Shown: positions 1 through 9,627 of the stretch, one piece after another | Layout: every line of letters starts with the position of its first letter | Numbering within the stretch: the first letter of the stretch is position 1 | Assembly (NCBI GenBank): GCA_032128875.1 | Contig: JAVLKG010000006.1 | Span: 224,001-288,000 of the forward strand | DNA: 64,000 nucleotides | Reading direction: 5' to 3' | Source of the DNA: Candidatus Melainabacteria bacterium 17Bon1m | GTDB lineage: Bacteria; Cyanobacteriota; Vampirovibrionia; Obscuribacterales; Obscuribacteraceae | Translations under genes and position numbers: made by a program | The notes under the pieces: generated by a model | What the model was told of the DNA's origin: nothing | Seen by the model: the letters and a program-made list of their open reading frames with translations, nothing else | Database searches by the model: none

Positions 1-772
1 CTTTTTCACAATGCGCTTCGGTGGTTACGTCCTTCAACTCAAGCCATGCTTCTAGCGCTTCCTTGTATTTTCTTTGAACCGCTTTCATTCGGGCAAGCAT
101 TGCATATATGTACCAGTTTTCTGCTTTTGAAAACTTGTTGTCCGCGATACTACTCACGGCTCGCTCCATAGTAGAATTCGCCCTGGCAGAGTCTCCCATG
201 TCAGCAAAAATAACGGCTAAATATGCACGCTTTTCATTTGTTGCACTGCTGTTTGGCTGCAGTCTATTTTCTGCAATTTCAATGGATCTAAGTTGGTCTT
301 GCAGTCCCGTATCTTTTGTTTTGCCTGCGAGCCACCGATCGTGTTTTTCCCAGGCGCGGTCATAGTAAACCTGTGAAAGTTGGCTCGCAACGGCTTCAAA
401 TTTCTTCCAAGCATCACCGCTCATCGCAAGTTCGATTGCTTTTTGAATTTGGTAGTCCCCTGCTTCTGTTAAATGTTCCTTGTAGAGAAATGAAGCATAT
501 TTCCTGTGCAGCTCCATCAATGTCTCTGGCTCAGTTCCGTTTTTGGTCGCCTGTTCAAAGATCTCTTCAATCTGAGCTCTACCTTGTTTCCAATCTACTT
601 TTGCAACCTTAATTGCCCTGTCAAGATCTGCGTTCAAAACGTATCCTACGCAGACTTTAGAAAAGATTCCCCAAGTTACTCCACCAATCGCTAGAACAAC
701 AAGAACCACAATCCCTATGGATATCTTTGCTCCCGTGCTCATAGTCCTGCGTTCTTCGATGTCTTTAGTCAT
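1..772 (-). CDS. Membrane-anchored TPR-like helical protein, runs off the window start (not in ORF track)
   Basis: Manual translation of the minus strand from ATG 772 (or 742) gives MSTGAKISIGIVVLVVLAIGGVTWGIF (one TM helix), then an unbroken helical frame to position 1. Confidence 0.7.
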   Translation of the reverse strand, partial: MTKDIEERRTMSTGAKISIGIVVLVVLAIGGVTWGIFSKVCVGYVLNADLDRAIKVAKVDWKQGRAQIEEIFEQATKNGTEPETLMELHRKYASFLYKEHLTEAGDYQIQKAIELAMSGDAWKKFEAVASQLSQVYYDRAWEKHDRWLAGKTKDTGLQDQLRSIEIAENRLQPNSSATNEKRAYLAVIFADMGDSARANSTMERAVSSIADNKFSKAENWYIYAMLARMKAVQRKYKEALEAWLELKDVTTEAHCEK

Positions 773-781
773 AAGAGTGCC

Positions 782-2167
782 CTAGTCGACGACTTTCTTC
801 GCAACGTATTCTCCGGCGCGGACGGCACCGTCGATATTGCCGTTCCACAAAGGTGATGTTTCGGAAGTCGCCCAGTGAATGCGACCGAATGGTTCTCTAA
901 TGACGTGTCCGTAGGAAGTCATTACCCCTGGTGCCATGTGCGCGACATGGCATCCACGTGTCCAGGGATCTGTCGACCAGTTGTGTTCGAAATAGTGGCT
1001 TGGTCTTGCTCCTTTTAGACCGAATCGCTTGGCCATATAAGTAATCACGTGTTTATATCTTTCTTCTTCCGGCATTTCAGCCATTTCTGTAGCTTGAGTA
1101 GAGAATGCAAAAGACATTAATGCGCCGACTTTTTCATCGGGCGGTGATGTATCCAGTGTCATCTGCAGATATTCATCGGGTGCTGTAACCTCGCCACTTA
1201 AGCCCTTTTGCCGCCAGAACGATTCAGGATAAACAGTGACAAATTTCATGCAATGACCAGCGGGCATATTCTTAAGAAGTTCCATTCTTTCGGTTGGAAG
1301 TGACGGTCGATATTCAATGTCGCATGCGAGAGCGGGAGGAATAGCAACGACGACTTGCTTTGCCTTAACCGTAGCTTTGTCGGATGTGATGGCCACTCCG
1401 TTTTCGTCTTGCGAAATTCGACTGACCGGCGAGGACAAAATCAGCCAATCACCCTTTGTTTTTCTTTGCCCTTCGTCTATTTTGGCGCGCATTTTTTCGG
1501 CTACTTTAATCATGCCGCCTTTGACCATGTCTTGCTCTGCGCCGCCCTCTACTTTCATTTGCATCTCGATGTCGTTGCCGGACGCTGCGATCTGAAAGAG
1601 AACATACAAGAGAGAAATTTCGGAAAGTTCTACAGTAAACAAGCCGATAAACAATGTTCTCAGCATTGCGAGAGCTGCTTGACCCAATTGATGGACAGGG
1701 TCATTGAGAAACTCGGCGAGGGAAATTGAGTCCCATTCTTTTGCTTTTGGACAGGTCCAAGGAGCGTCGTTCGGAACTTCGAGGGACATTATAGAAAGCT
1801 TCTGCAAGGTGTCCCAAACGCCATCTAGTGACTCGGAATCAACCTCAGGTACGTCCTCTCCGTAGCGATAATATTCGTTTTTGTAGACAAAGTAGCTGTC
1901 GCCGTGAATGGGCGTCGGAGTAATTTCCAGTTCTAATTCTTCGAGCAAAGCATAGATTCGATCTTGCGATGGTCCTAAAAATGTTCCGCCCATGTCAATT
2001 GGCGTTCCATCGCTGAGGTACTTTGTCCAGACTTTACCGCCTATTCGCTCTCGCGCTTCCAAAACAACAACAGCGTGTCCAGCTTGAGATAGTCGCAGTG
2101 CGGCGGTAAGTCCAGCGAATCCTGCGCCGACAATACAAAAATCACGCTCAATGATGTTGTCCGACAC
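782..2167 (-). CDS. FAD-dependent amine oxidase (monoamine/putrescine oxidase family)
   Basis: IVGAGFAGLTAA Rossmann motif, EARERIGGK, DMGG, C-terminal ETS..W.G..DGAVRAG. True start likely GTG 2167, since the ORF-track extension to 2224 translates a REP-like repeat. Confidence 0.9.
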   Translation of the reverse strand: MSDNIIERDFCIVGAGFAGLTAALRLSQAGHAVVVLEARERIGGKVWTKYLSDGTPIDMGGTFLGPSQDRIYALLEELELEITPTPIHGDSYFVYKNEYYRYGEDVPEVDSESLDGVWDTLQKLSIMSLEVPNDAPWTCPKAKEWDSISLAEFLNDPVHQLGQAALAMLRTLFIGLFTVELSEISLLYVLFQIAASGNDIEMQMKVEGGAEQDMVKGGMIKVAEKMRAKIDEGQRKTKGDWLILSSPVSRISQDENGVAITSDKATVKAKQVVVAIPPALACDIEYRPSLPTERMELLKNMPAGHCMKFVTVYPESFWRQKGLSGEVTAPDEYLQMTLDTSPPDEKVGALMSFAFSTQATEMAEMPEEERYKHVITYMAKRFGLKGARPSHYFEHNWSTDPWTRGCHVAHMAPGVMTSYGHVIREPFGRIHWATSETSPLWNGNIDGAVRAGEYVAKKVVD

Positions 2168-2301
2168 GACAATAAGACCCCGAGCCGGCGAGCCGCTGAG
2201 CCGCCGACGCTCCCAGATGCCCAATTAAATCAGCTTGAAAACTCACATCCGGCTTCCTTTCCACTTCACTACCGGATATCAGAAACCGGATTGTTGGATG
2301 C

Positions 2302-2344
2302 AAAAGAAAAAGCCATTCAACCTGATGAAGTGGGTTGAATGGCT
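2302..2344 (-). terminator. Intrinsic terminator after 2375..2710
   Basis: AGCCATTCAACC/GGTTGAATGGCT 12-bp stem followed on the minus strand by TTTTCTTTT. Confidence 0.75.
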
Positions 2345-2374
2345 AAATTTCAAGTTGGCATCGTATATGGTGCG

Positions 2375-2710
2375 TTAGTCTTCGACGCGTTTTTCTAATG
2401 CTTTCTTATGGATCTTGTTGCTGATTTTGTTCAGATCTTTTTCTACTTCAGCGATGTTTTCATAGCTAAGCTTGCCGCCGTTTCTTGCCTTCATGCGGCT
2501 GACTTTTTTCCAGACATCTTGGTTATCGTCTCTCAAGTCTCGCGCTTCGCGCAGAGTCAATTCGCCGGCTCTTTCCATGCGATTGATTTTTGCCGCCAGG
2601 ATTTCGTGGCGCTGAGTGATTGTATAACGACGGGTTTTTGCTTCAGAAGGCTGCGATGCGAACTGCAACACCGACAAAATAGCAAGGGCAGTAAATACTT
2701 GGCGAATCAT
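2375..2710 (-). CDS. Small secreted helical protein
   Basis: Signal peptide (MIRQVFTALAILSVLQFASQPSEA), GGAGG RBS upstream, G-x-LT..E helical repeat unit. Confidence 0.8.
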   Translation of the reverse strand: MIRQVFTALAILSVLQFASQPSEAKTRRYTITQRHEILAAKINRMERAGELTLREARDLRDDNQDVWKKVSRMKARNGGKLSYENIAEVEKDLNKISNKIHKKALEKRVED

Positions 2711-2898
2711 AAGAAGGATACCTCCGACACTGTGGTATCGGGAGGACGATGTATCACTCAGTTGGTTCCCTGCATTACGAACTCAAGAGATAGAGAATAC
2801 GAAAAGTTCCTTTTGCAGCAGAGCGCCTAGATAAGCGTGTGATGAAGGGCAAAGGAAAGGAAAAGAAATGACAAAAGTGCTAAGAATGGCAAAAAAAA

Positions 2899-2921
2899 GG
2901 GCGCGTGCAACGCGCCCCTAC
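2899..2921 (-). repeat. REP-like palindrome, family A (GTAG-GGGCGCG..CGCGCCC), doubling as a terminator
   Basis: Minus strand GTAGGGGCGCGTTGCACGCGCCC followed by T8; near-identical copy at 48550. Confidence 0.75.
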
Positions 2922-2981
2922 GATCATTCTATGGACGATCAATCAACTAGCGGTCTTCTGCCGTTGATTTATGTCGCTGAT

Positions 2982-3809
2982 TTATGTAGCTGATTCCTGT
3001 GGCAGATGGCTTTGGATGTAATCACGCAGGGAAGAGAATTCGCGCTCGATTGAAGTCGCAGTCTCTTCAGCTTCAATCCAATCGTGTCTGCATGCAGTTT
3101 GCTCAAGATAGAGGCAAAGGCGAGCCAAATTTTTGGCCCCGATTGATGCGCAAGACGCTTTGATTTCGTGTGCTAGAGCCGCAACCAACTTGGAGTTTTT
3201 TTCCTCCATATGATTTTTGACCTTGCTCAACATGTCTTGAGTGTCATTGAGGAACATCTCCATCATGTCAGTCAATTGCTCGGGTTCATAGAACTCTTCC
3301 AGCTCAGCCATATCGAGAGGCTCGCTCTTGACGAGGGTTAGTGCAGCTTTCGGTCTTAGCACTTTGCGTCTCTGCTTTTGAGTCTCGCAAACCACTTCAG
3401 TTCTAAGCCAGTGATTGACTTTCGCCTTCAGCAAGTCAATGTCAATGGGCTTTGACAGGTAGTCGTCCATTCCGGCTGCAATGCAGCGCTCTCTATCGCC
3501 CGACATCGCAAGCGCGGTGACAGCAATGATAGGACTGTATGTATTTGTACGAGCTTCAATTTCCCGAATAGCGACCGTAGCCTCGAATCCATCCATCACA
3601 GGCATATGACAATCCATTAGGATTAGGTCGAACTTGTGATTTGACACGGCTTCAACGGCTTCGCGACCGTTGCTCGTAATCTTTACTTTGAGACCAAGGC
3701 GTTGCAGCAGAACGGTTGCTACCTTTTGATTGACGAAATTGTCTTCGACAAGAAGCACATGGGGCGCATCGCCTTGTTGCGTGATTGAGTCGCCAGCTGC
3801 TTGTTTCAT
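2982..3809 (-). CDS. Response regulator, REC + HPt domain
   Basis: LLVEDN...LILMDCHMPVMDG...KP receiver; C-terminal LAHEIKASCASIGA HPt motif; GGAGG RBS. Confidence 0.9.
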   Translation of the reverse strand: MKQAAGDSITQQGDAPHVLLVEDNFVNQKVATVLLQRLGLKVKITSNGREAVEAVSNHKFDLILMDCHMPVMDGFEATVAIREIEARTNTYSPIIAVTALAMSGDRERCIAAGMDDYLSKPIDIDLLKAKVNHWLRTEVVCETQKQRRKVLRPKAALTLVKSEPLDMAELEEFYEPEQLTDMMEMFLNDTQDMLSKVKNHMEEKNSKLVAALAHEIKASCASIGAKNLARLCLYLEQTACRHDWIEAEETATSIEREFSSLRDYIQSHLPQESAT

Positions 3810-4088
3810 CGTATATTCTGGACCTCCTGGTCGTCACTTTCGGTGCAAGTCCGAAACACTTTCTCCTGAAGGCGCGCATTAGCCTCTTGAAGAGAGACTT
3901 TGTTTGTCGGGCTTACGGAGATACTTAGAATTATTGCCGAAAAACGTTCCTGTTTGCATCAAAAATTTGTCTATCAACCTATTTTTAGTGAAACTTTGAT
4001 TTTCTCCTTTGCGAAGTCTGATTTGCGGGTTTTGAGTAATGAACAAGGAGACGGTAAAAGCCGCCTCCTTGTTGCCCACAATTCTTGC

Positions 4089-5138
4089 TTAGTTAACACG
4101 AATTCCGATGCGAGCGCGAGCACGCTGTGTGCTGGCGATATCGTTGTCGAAGGAAGACTGGATATCATCAAGCTTTTCAGTCAGATATTTCTGTTTGCTG
4201 TCGCTCAAAACTCCGTTTTTTGTGTACTTAATTTGTCTTGTTGAAACTTCATTGAGTCTCTCTTTCAAGCTGGCGACGTTTCTGTTTGTGAGACGGCCGG
4301 CTTTGTATTCATCGTCAATCTTAGTGGTCATCAGTGCAATTCTGGCGCTAATGTCTGTCGTTGCTACAACCACAGGCGTAGCTGCTACCACAGCGCGAGC
4401 CGGTGTAATGACCGTGGTGGCTGGAGAAACAACAGTCGTTGCTGGAGCTATTACAGTGCGGGAAGGCACCACTGCAGTCTGAACAGGCGTAATTACGGAG
4501 CCGTCGCTAGTGATATAGGTTGTTCCTACCAATCTTCTCATTGCAATTGTAGGTACATAGCCAGTCAGTGTCGCGTGCAAGTCATTGAGGCGAGTTGCTA
4601 TAGACAGCGCTTCATCGTAGGTGATTGCTCGTCCATTCGCTCTGTAGGCTGCTTCCTGCGCCGTGATTGTAGCGAGGTCGGAGCGAAGATGCATCGCTTG
4701 GTCTGCGGTGATTTTGCCTAGCGACAACGATTCGTTGATATAGCGCTCCAGGTCCGCTCTTCTCGAGTCGATGACCCCGACAAACGGGTCATATGCAGGT
4801 ACGGTGGTCAATGCGACCAAGTGGCCAGAGGTGTCAAAACTGGCGAGAATTCTGTTGTTCGATCTGTCCAATACAACCCAACCGGGGCTGATGCTTCCGG
4901 AAACGTATCCTCTTATAGGATCGTACGGACCTTTGACTACACCGGTCAGTGGGTCGATAACTACATAGTCTCCCGAGCCGGACAGAACAAATTCTGTCGC
5001 CGAAGTTGTCGAAACTGGCTGGGTGATTGTTGTTGTACGGATTATTGTTTCAGTATCTGCAAATGCAGGCATAACAGCGCAGCCCAAAATGCTCACTGTG
5101 AATGCGGCTAATAGTACTTTTGCGTTCATCTCTCTCAT
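4089..5138 (-). CDS. Secreted protein with Thr/Val-rich linker and two helical repeat units
   Basis: Signal peptide; two G(K/R)(I/L)T helical units flanking a PATTVV repeat linker; hairpin at about 4041-4073 downstream. Confidence 0.8.
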   Translation of the reverse strand: MREMNAKVLLAAFTVSILGCAVMPAFADTETIIRTTTITQPVSTTSATEFVLSGSGDYVVIDPLTGVVKGPYDPIRGYVSGSISPGWVVLDRSNNRILASFDTSGHLVALTTVPAYDPFVGVIDSRRADLERYINESLSLGKITADQAMHLRSDLATITAQEAAYRANGRAITYDEALSIATRLNDLHATLTGYVPTIAMRRLVGTTYITSDGSVITPVQTAVVPSRTVIAPATTVVSPATTVITPARAVVAATPVVVATTDISARIALMTTKIDDEYKAGRLTNRNVASLKERLNEVSTRQIKYTKNGVLSDSKQKYLTEKLDDIQSSFDNDIASTQRARARIGIRVN

Positions 5139-5290
5139 CTCCTTAGTTACCCTCGGGCTGCTTCCGGATTTGCCGGCTCAAAGGACGTCCGGGAAATTTA
5201 GCCAGTGGTGAGACTGAACAAAACTATTTCGGTTCCTGTTTGTTCGATACATTTCTCTCTATTAGTAGATTTCTGTTTTAGGTTAAAACG

Positions 5291-5448
5291 TGACAGTAAT
5301 TGTGACAGTAATAGCCACGGTCCATACAACTCATCCAATTTCCCGGCAAAGTCAAAGGCTCAGGCGACACCTTGTGCTCTCAAAAGCTCAAATATTCACA
5401 CTCTTGACGACCTTGACAGTATGACAGTAATTTGGGAGAATACTGTTA
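5291..5448 (+). promoter_or_regulatory. Sigma70-like promoter (TTGACA 5413, 17 bp, GAGAAT 5436) with TGACAGTA boxes
   Basis: TGACAGTA at 5291, 5303, 5414 and 5422; inverted variant TACTGTTA at 5441. Confidence 0.55.
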
Positions 5449-5981
5449 TGGTTGTTCAAGGACACGACGGATTTACCCTGGATGAGCTTCTTACGGAAGT
5501 CGGAAAGCTTGTGACGTCACTCGGGTTGCTGGGTGTTCAGAAAGACAATCGTGTATCGGACCTGCCGGATGTGAGGACAGTCCGCTACTACACCAGTCTC
5601 GGCTTAATAGATCGCCCGCAAATTGTGGGGAGGCAGGGCATCTATGGGCGCAGGCACATTCTGCAATTGCTTGCTATCAAGGCTTTGCAGACCCTGTCGC
5701 TACCGCTTCAGGAAATCCAAAACAAGCTCTTCGGGCTGTCTGATGCAGAACTCGAAGGTTTGACGGCCGCAATCTCCGGACAGAGAAAAGCAGCAATGCG
5801 GGACGAACTTCAAACTCGTCCTGTACTCTGGAGGGAGATAGTTGTAGCGCCTGGACTGAAGCTAATGGTCGAAGACGGGTGGTCTCCGGAATCCGATGCA
5901 GACTCACTTTTGAACATGATGCGCGCGGCTTTGCATTTAATTATCAAAGACCAGCGCCGACCTGAACACGATGGAGGTTAA
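5448..5981 (+). CDS. MerR-like helix-turn-helix regulator
   Basis: FTLDEL...PDVRTVRYYTSLGLIDRP..GRQGIYGRRHILQLLAIKALQ..LPLQEIQ; start reassigned from 5205 to ATG 5448. Confidence 0.85.
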   Translation: MVVQGHDGFTLDELLTEVGKLVTSLGLLGVQKDNRVSDLPDVRTVRYYTSLGLIDRPQIVGRQGIYGRRHILQLLAIKALQTLSLPLQEIQNKLFGLSDAELEGLTAAISGQRKAAMRDELQTRPVLWREIVVAPGLKLMVEDGWSPESDADSLLNMMRAALHLIIKDQRRPEHDGG

Positions 5982-5985
5982 GGTA

Positions 5986-8655
5986 ATGTCGTCAGATCCA
6001 ATAGCACAGGTTATACCGCTTTTCGACCCGGAATCAGAGTTTGCAAAAAGAGCTCTGGGCATGCTTATCGCCGAGATGTCCGGCGTCAAAAAAGAGATGC
6101 CGCTAGCCGCGGTCGATATTCAAGCCAAGGTTGCCGACCGTATTAGCGATGTCACTGTAATTCAGAAGTTTCGCAATACATTTAAAGACCACCTTGAGGC
6201 GGTATACATCTTTCCTCTGGCACATTCAGCGGTTGTTACTTCATTTGAAATGCGCGTTGGAACTCGCGTTGTAAAAGGCGAAGTGAAAGAACGCAAGCAG
6301 GCTCGTCAGGACTATCAAGCTGCGCTCACAGAGGGAAAGCGCACCGCTCTGATGGAGCAAGAGCGCGATGATGTTTTCACAATGCAAGTCGGCAATATCG
6401 CGCCCGGCGAAGAAGTCAGTGTAGAGCTTAAATACTCTGAGCGCTTGCCGTTTTTCGAAGATGGCTCTTGCGAAATCAGATTGCCTCTAGTGGTAGCGCC
6501 ACGGTACATTGCAGGTCGAGCCGTCGATCGAAACTCTGTCGGCATGGGAACCGAAGTCGATACTGATCAAGTTCCTGACGCATCACGCATAACTCCTCCA
6601 CGTCTGGTAAAAGGCGCAAAAGATAATGTCCAACTGTCAGTTTCTGTTGAACTTTTGCAATCGGCTGATGGCAGTTTTAACGTCAAAGATTTGAGTTCGT
6701 CTCAGCATGTGGTTGGAACTTCATTGAGTGATGGCAGCATAAAAGTCGAGCTGTCGAAAGAAGACGAGCTGATGAACAGAGACTTCATCCTCAAATGGGT
6801 TGCCGCAGAAAAGAAATTGAAACCGAATCTCGTCACTTATACTGACGCGAGCGGTAATACATATTGCATGCTGACGGTCATGTCTCCCAAACAAGATAAA
6901 TTTCTTGGCGTGCCGAGAGATGTGATCTTTATTGTCGATCGTTCCGGTTCTATGGGCGGGTCGAAAATGGCATCAGCAGCCAAATCATGTTCAATACTTT
7001 TGGATACTTTAGGACCCCAAGATCGTTTTGCGATCTGCGCATTTGACGATATGAACGAATGGATGCAACCGCATACAGAATGGACCAGCAGTGTCTCCGG
7101 CAAATTTGTCGGTGCCGACGAATCCGGAATCGAAAGTGGCAAAGCTTATTTGCGCACGATTACCGCTCGCGGCGGCACTGAATTGGAACCGGCTCTGGCT
7201 GAAGCGCTTGGCGAATTTAAATACGGGAAAAGAGCGGATGCATCTGGAATTATCGTCATCTTGACCGACGGTCAAGTAGGCAACGAATCGTTTGTCTACA
7301 AGCGCCTGCAGGATGATCTTGGCGATGCGCGTGTGTTCACCGTCGGTATCGACACTGCAGTCAATGGCGGAATATTGACTCGCATGGCGACATTGGGCGG
7401 TGGCACATCTGCGCTTGTCACACCAGGTGCAAAACTTGAAAAAGCGCTCGGACAAATTGGCCGCGAGATTGGTGTTCCGGTGTTGACCAGTCTGAAACTG
7501 GAAGCAGTGTCGGGCAATTTGGAGGCAGATACAATCACGCCTGCTGCCCTGCCCGATCTTTTCAGAGGTCGCGCCTCGACGATCTTTTTCAAGATGTCTC
7601 AAGGCATTTTGAGCGGCAAAGGCAAAAAGAAGATTCGTGTGAAAGGCATTCTCGCCGACGGAACCGCATATGTCGAGGAAGTTACCGAAAAGCGTGTTGA
7701 GCTGCAGGCAGTGGCATCGCTCTATGCAAAATCGCTCATTCGCGATTTAGAAGATGCGCTCCGCGAAGGCATTGGACATTCAAGTTCAATTTCCAAACGC
7801 ATGATCGATGTTTCAATTGCGCACTCCGTTCTTTGCAGGCTGACTGCCTTTGTGGCAGTTGACCATGCTGAGGTGACGAACAAAGATGGCAGCAAACGTA
7901 CTGTTGTTCAGCCTGTTCATCAACCGGCAGAGTGGGAAGAATTTGACCAAGGAAGCTTGAAACATCTGTCCGCAAGATCTGTCGGCGCTAGAGGAGCTAT
8001 GCAAGGATTTGCCGGGGGCATAGGCTCCTATGGAAGTCCACTGCCTGGCGCTGCTCCGGCTCAGCCCTCTGCCCAACAACAGAGTGGTTGGGGTTCTACA
8101 ACCGGCTCTTTTGGCGCACCCGCAGGAGGTAACTCTTCTAATTTCGGTATGCCGCCTTTCCTTGGTGGAGTTCAGCCGCCTCAAGCACCTGGTGGCGGTC
8201 AAGTAAGCGGTGGTCAGCCACCAGCGTCGTTCGGTTCAGCAGGAGCATGGGGACAGCCAATTCAAGAACGCTCGAAAGAAGCGGGCAAACCACAATCGCC
8301 TGCTCCCGCAGAATTAATTACAGCACTTGCGAATTTAATTGTCGCAATCGGCGCTGTCGTCAATGCTTTCTCTTCGGGGACTCAACCTGATTGGAAACAG
8401 TTGGAGGATGCTAGAGCTTTGTGTTTGAAGACTTTGCAGTCGTCTCGCTTTGCTGCTAGCGCTCCAAAACTACAGCAATTCCTCCGTACAGAGGCAATCG
8501 AATGTGTTGCTGCAATCAAAGCGGGTGGATTGACAGGAGAAGTTGTAGAACGAGTAAAACGGGCCCTTGTGTCTTTGGAAAACGAAATTGATTCCATAAA
8601 AGCGAACAAAGAGCCTGTTGTCTCTGCAGGCAACTTCTGGGAAAACTCGATCTAG
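5986..8655 (+). CDS. VIT (vault inter-alpha-trypsin) + von Willebrand factor A domain protein
   Basis: VIT: LEAVYIFPL...FTMQVGNI.PG; vWA MIDAS DRSGSM, GGT, LTDG; Gly/Pro/Gln-rich linker and helical tail. GGAGG before ATG 5986 (alternative start 5971). Confidence 0.9.
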   Translation: MSSDPIAQVIPLFDPESEFAKRALGMLIAEMSGVKKEMPLAAVDIQAKVADRISDVTVIQKFRNTFKDHLEAVYIFPLAHSAVVTSFEMRVGTRVVKGEVKERKQARQDYQAALTEGKRTALMEQERDDVFTMQVGNIAPGEEVSVELKYSERLPFFEDGSCEIRLPLVVAPRYIAGRAVDRNSVGMGTEVDTDQVPDASRITPPRLVKGAKDNVQLSVSVELLQSADGSFNVKDLSSSQHVVGTSLSDGSIKVELSKEDELMNRDFILKWVAAEKKLKPNLVTYTDASGNTYCMLTVMSPKQDKFLGVPRDVIFIVDRSGSMGGSKMASAAKSCSILLDTLGPQDRFAICAFDDMNEWMQPHTEWTSSVSGKFVGADESGIESGKAYLRTITARGGTELEPALAEALGEFKYGKRADASGIIVILTDGQVGNESFVYKRLQDDLGDARVFTVGIDTAVNGGILTRMATLGGGTSALVTPGAKLEKALGQIGREIGVPVLTSLKLEAVSGNLEADTITPAALPDLFRGRASTIFFKMSQGILSGKGKKKIRVKGILADGTAYVEEVTEKRVELQAVASLYAKSLIRDLEDALREGIGHSSSISKRMIDVSIAHSVLCRLTAFVAVDHAEVTNKDGSKRTVVQPVHQPAEWEEFDQGSLKHLSARSVGARGAMQGFAGGIGSYGSPLPGAAPAQPSAQQQSGWGSTTGSFGAPAGGNSSNFGMPPFLGGVQPPQAPGGGQVSGGQPPASFGSAGAWGQPIQERSKEAGKPQSPAPAELITALANLIVAIGAVVNAFSSGTQPDWKQLEDARALCLKTLQSSRFAASAPKLQQFLRTEAIECVAAIKAGGLTGEVVERVKRALVSLENEIDSIKANKEPVVSAGNFWENSI

Positions 8656-8676
8656 TTTAAAACTCCGTTGTGCGTT

Positions 8677-8715
8677 AAAGAAAGAAGCTGGAGAAATCCA
8701 GCTTCTTTCGCTTTT
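8677..8715. terminator. Bidirectional intrinsic terminator
   Basis: GAAAGAAGCTGGA-GAAA-TCCAGCTTCTTTC perfect stem between convergent genes. Confidence 0.85.
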
Positions 8716-8736
8716 GAAATTGAAACCTGGCCGCCC

Positions 8737-9627
8737 TCATTGCGCTTCAGGTCGTGTTGTCATCACGCTACGGTCTATCATCGGCTGTCCGTGTTGTTGG
8801 CGATAGAGCATGAACCAGCTAGGTACTTTGGGATCTTCACCCATAAGAATTTCTATGCACCGCATTCCCTGCGTCGGATTGAATTTGCCGATGCCACCGG
8901 GATAATTCTCTAATGCTCTTATGAAGTCCTTATTTGCTCTTGCTACCTGCTGTTCGAGAGATTCGTCTACATGAATGGTTTCTGTAGTGACACCAAATCT
9001 AGTGCTTTTGAAATCGAGCGTTGCGGGGTTTCCATTTTCATCTCTAGTCACTTTTAAATATGGTGCCTTTGATAGAGGATTGCTTCCATCTTCTGAAAGC
9101 TGTCTCAATACCTGCTCTCTGAATTGTGGCGGTTCTTTCATGAGTTTTTCAAGTTGTATTCTAACGTCCAGCTTTGCTTGTTCATCTTGATCTAAAGACC
9201 GTGTGATAAGTTGTTCTATTTGCTTGGCCTGAACTTCCGGATGGTTCAATCTGTCGGCTTCTTTCGCCTGTCTTTCCGCTCGTGTTTCCTTTTCAATCTT
9301 TCGAAATTCTCTCCAGGTATCGTCGCCTTCAAAATCCACCTTCGGCAAATGTTTTTCTGCAGCAGTTTGAACCGGCGCGGTGCAATAGTCATTGTAAGGC
9401 TCGCGATTGCCTTTATTTATAAGGTGCCAGCCATGACCGTCATTTTGAATACTAAGATCTGGAATATTGTCGGATGGGTCCTGGATTTTATTGAGCTGTC
9501 TGAACGCTGCCATTTGGCGGTCTGTCGACCAACTCTGGAAAATACAGTCTGCATTCAATCCTTTAGAAGTTGCATCTATTAAATGGCGAGCATCATCAAA
9601 CGGCTCTTGCGAAGATTCAACTGGCAT
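8737..9627 (-). CDS. Hypothetical protein
   Basis: Long ORF; GGAG RBS before ATG 9627 (MPVESSQ); no family recognised. Confidence 0.7.
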   Translation of the reverse strand: MPVESSQEPFDDARHLIDATSKGLNADCIFQSWSTDRQMAAFRQLNKIQDPSDNIPDLSIQNDGHGWHLINKGNREPYNDYCTAPVQTAAEKHLPKVDFEGDDTWREFRKIEKETRAERQAKEADRLNHPEVQAKQIEQLITRSLDQDEQAKLDVRIQLEKLMKEPPQFREQVLRQLSEDGSNPLSKAPYLKVTRDENGNPATLDFKSTRFGVTTETIHVDESLEQQVARANKDFIRALENYPGGIGKFNPTQGMRCIEILMGEDPKVPSWFMLYRQQHGQPMIDRSVMTTRPEAQ

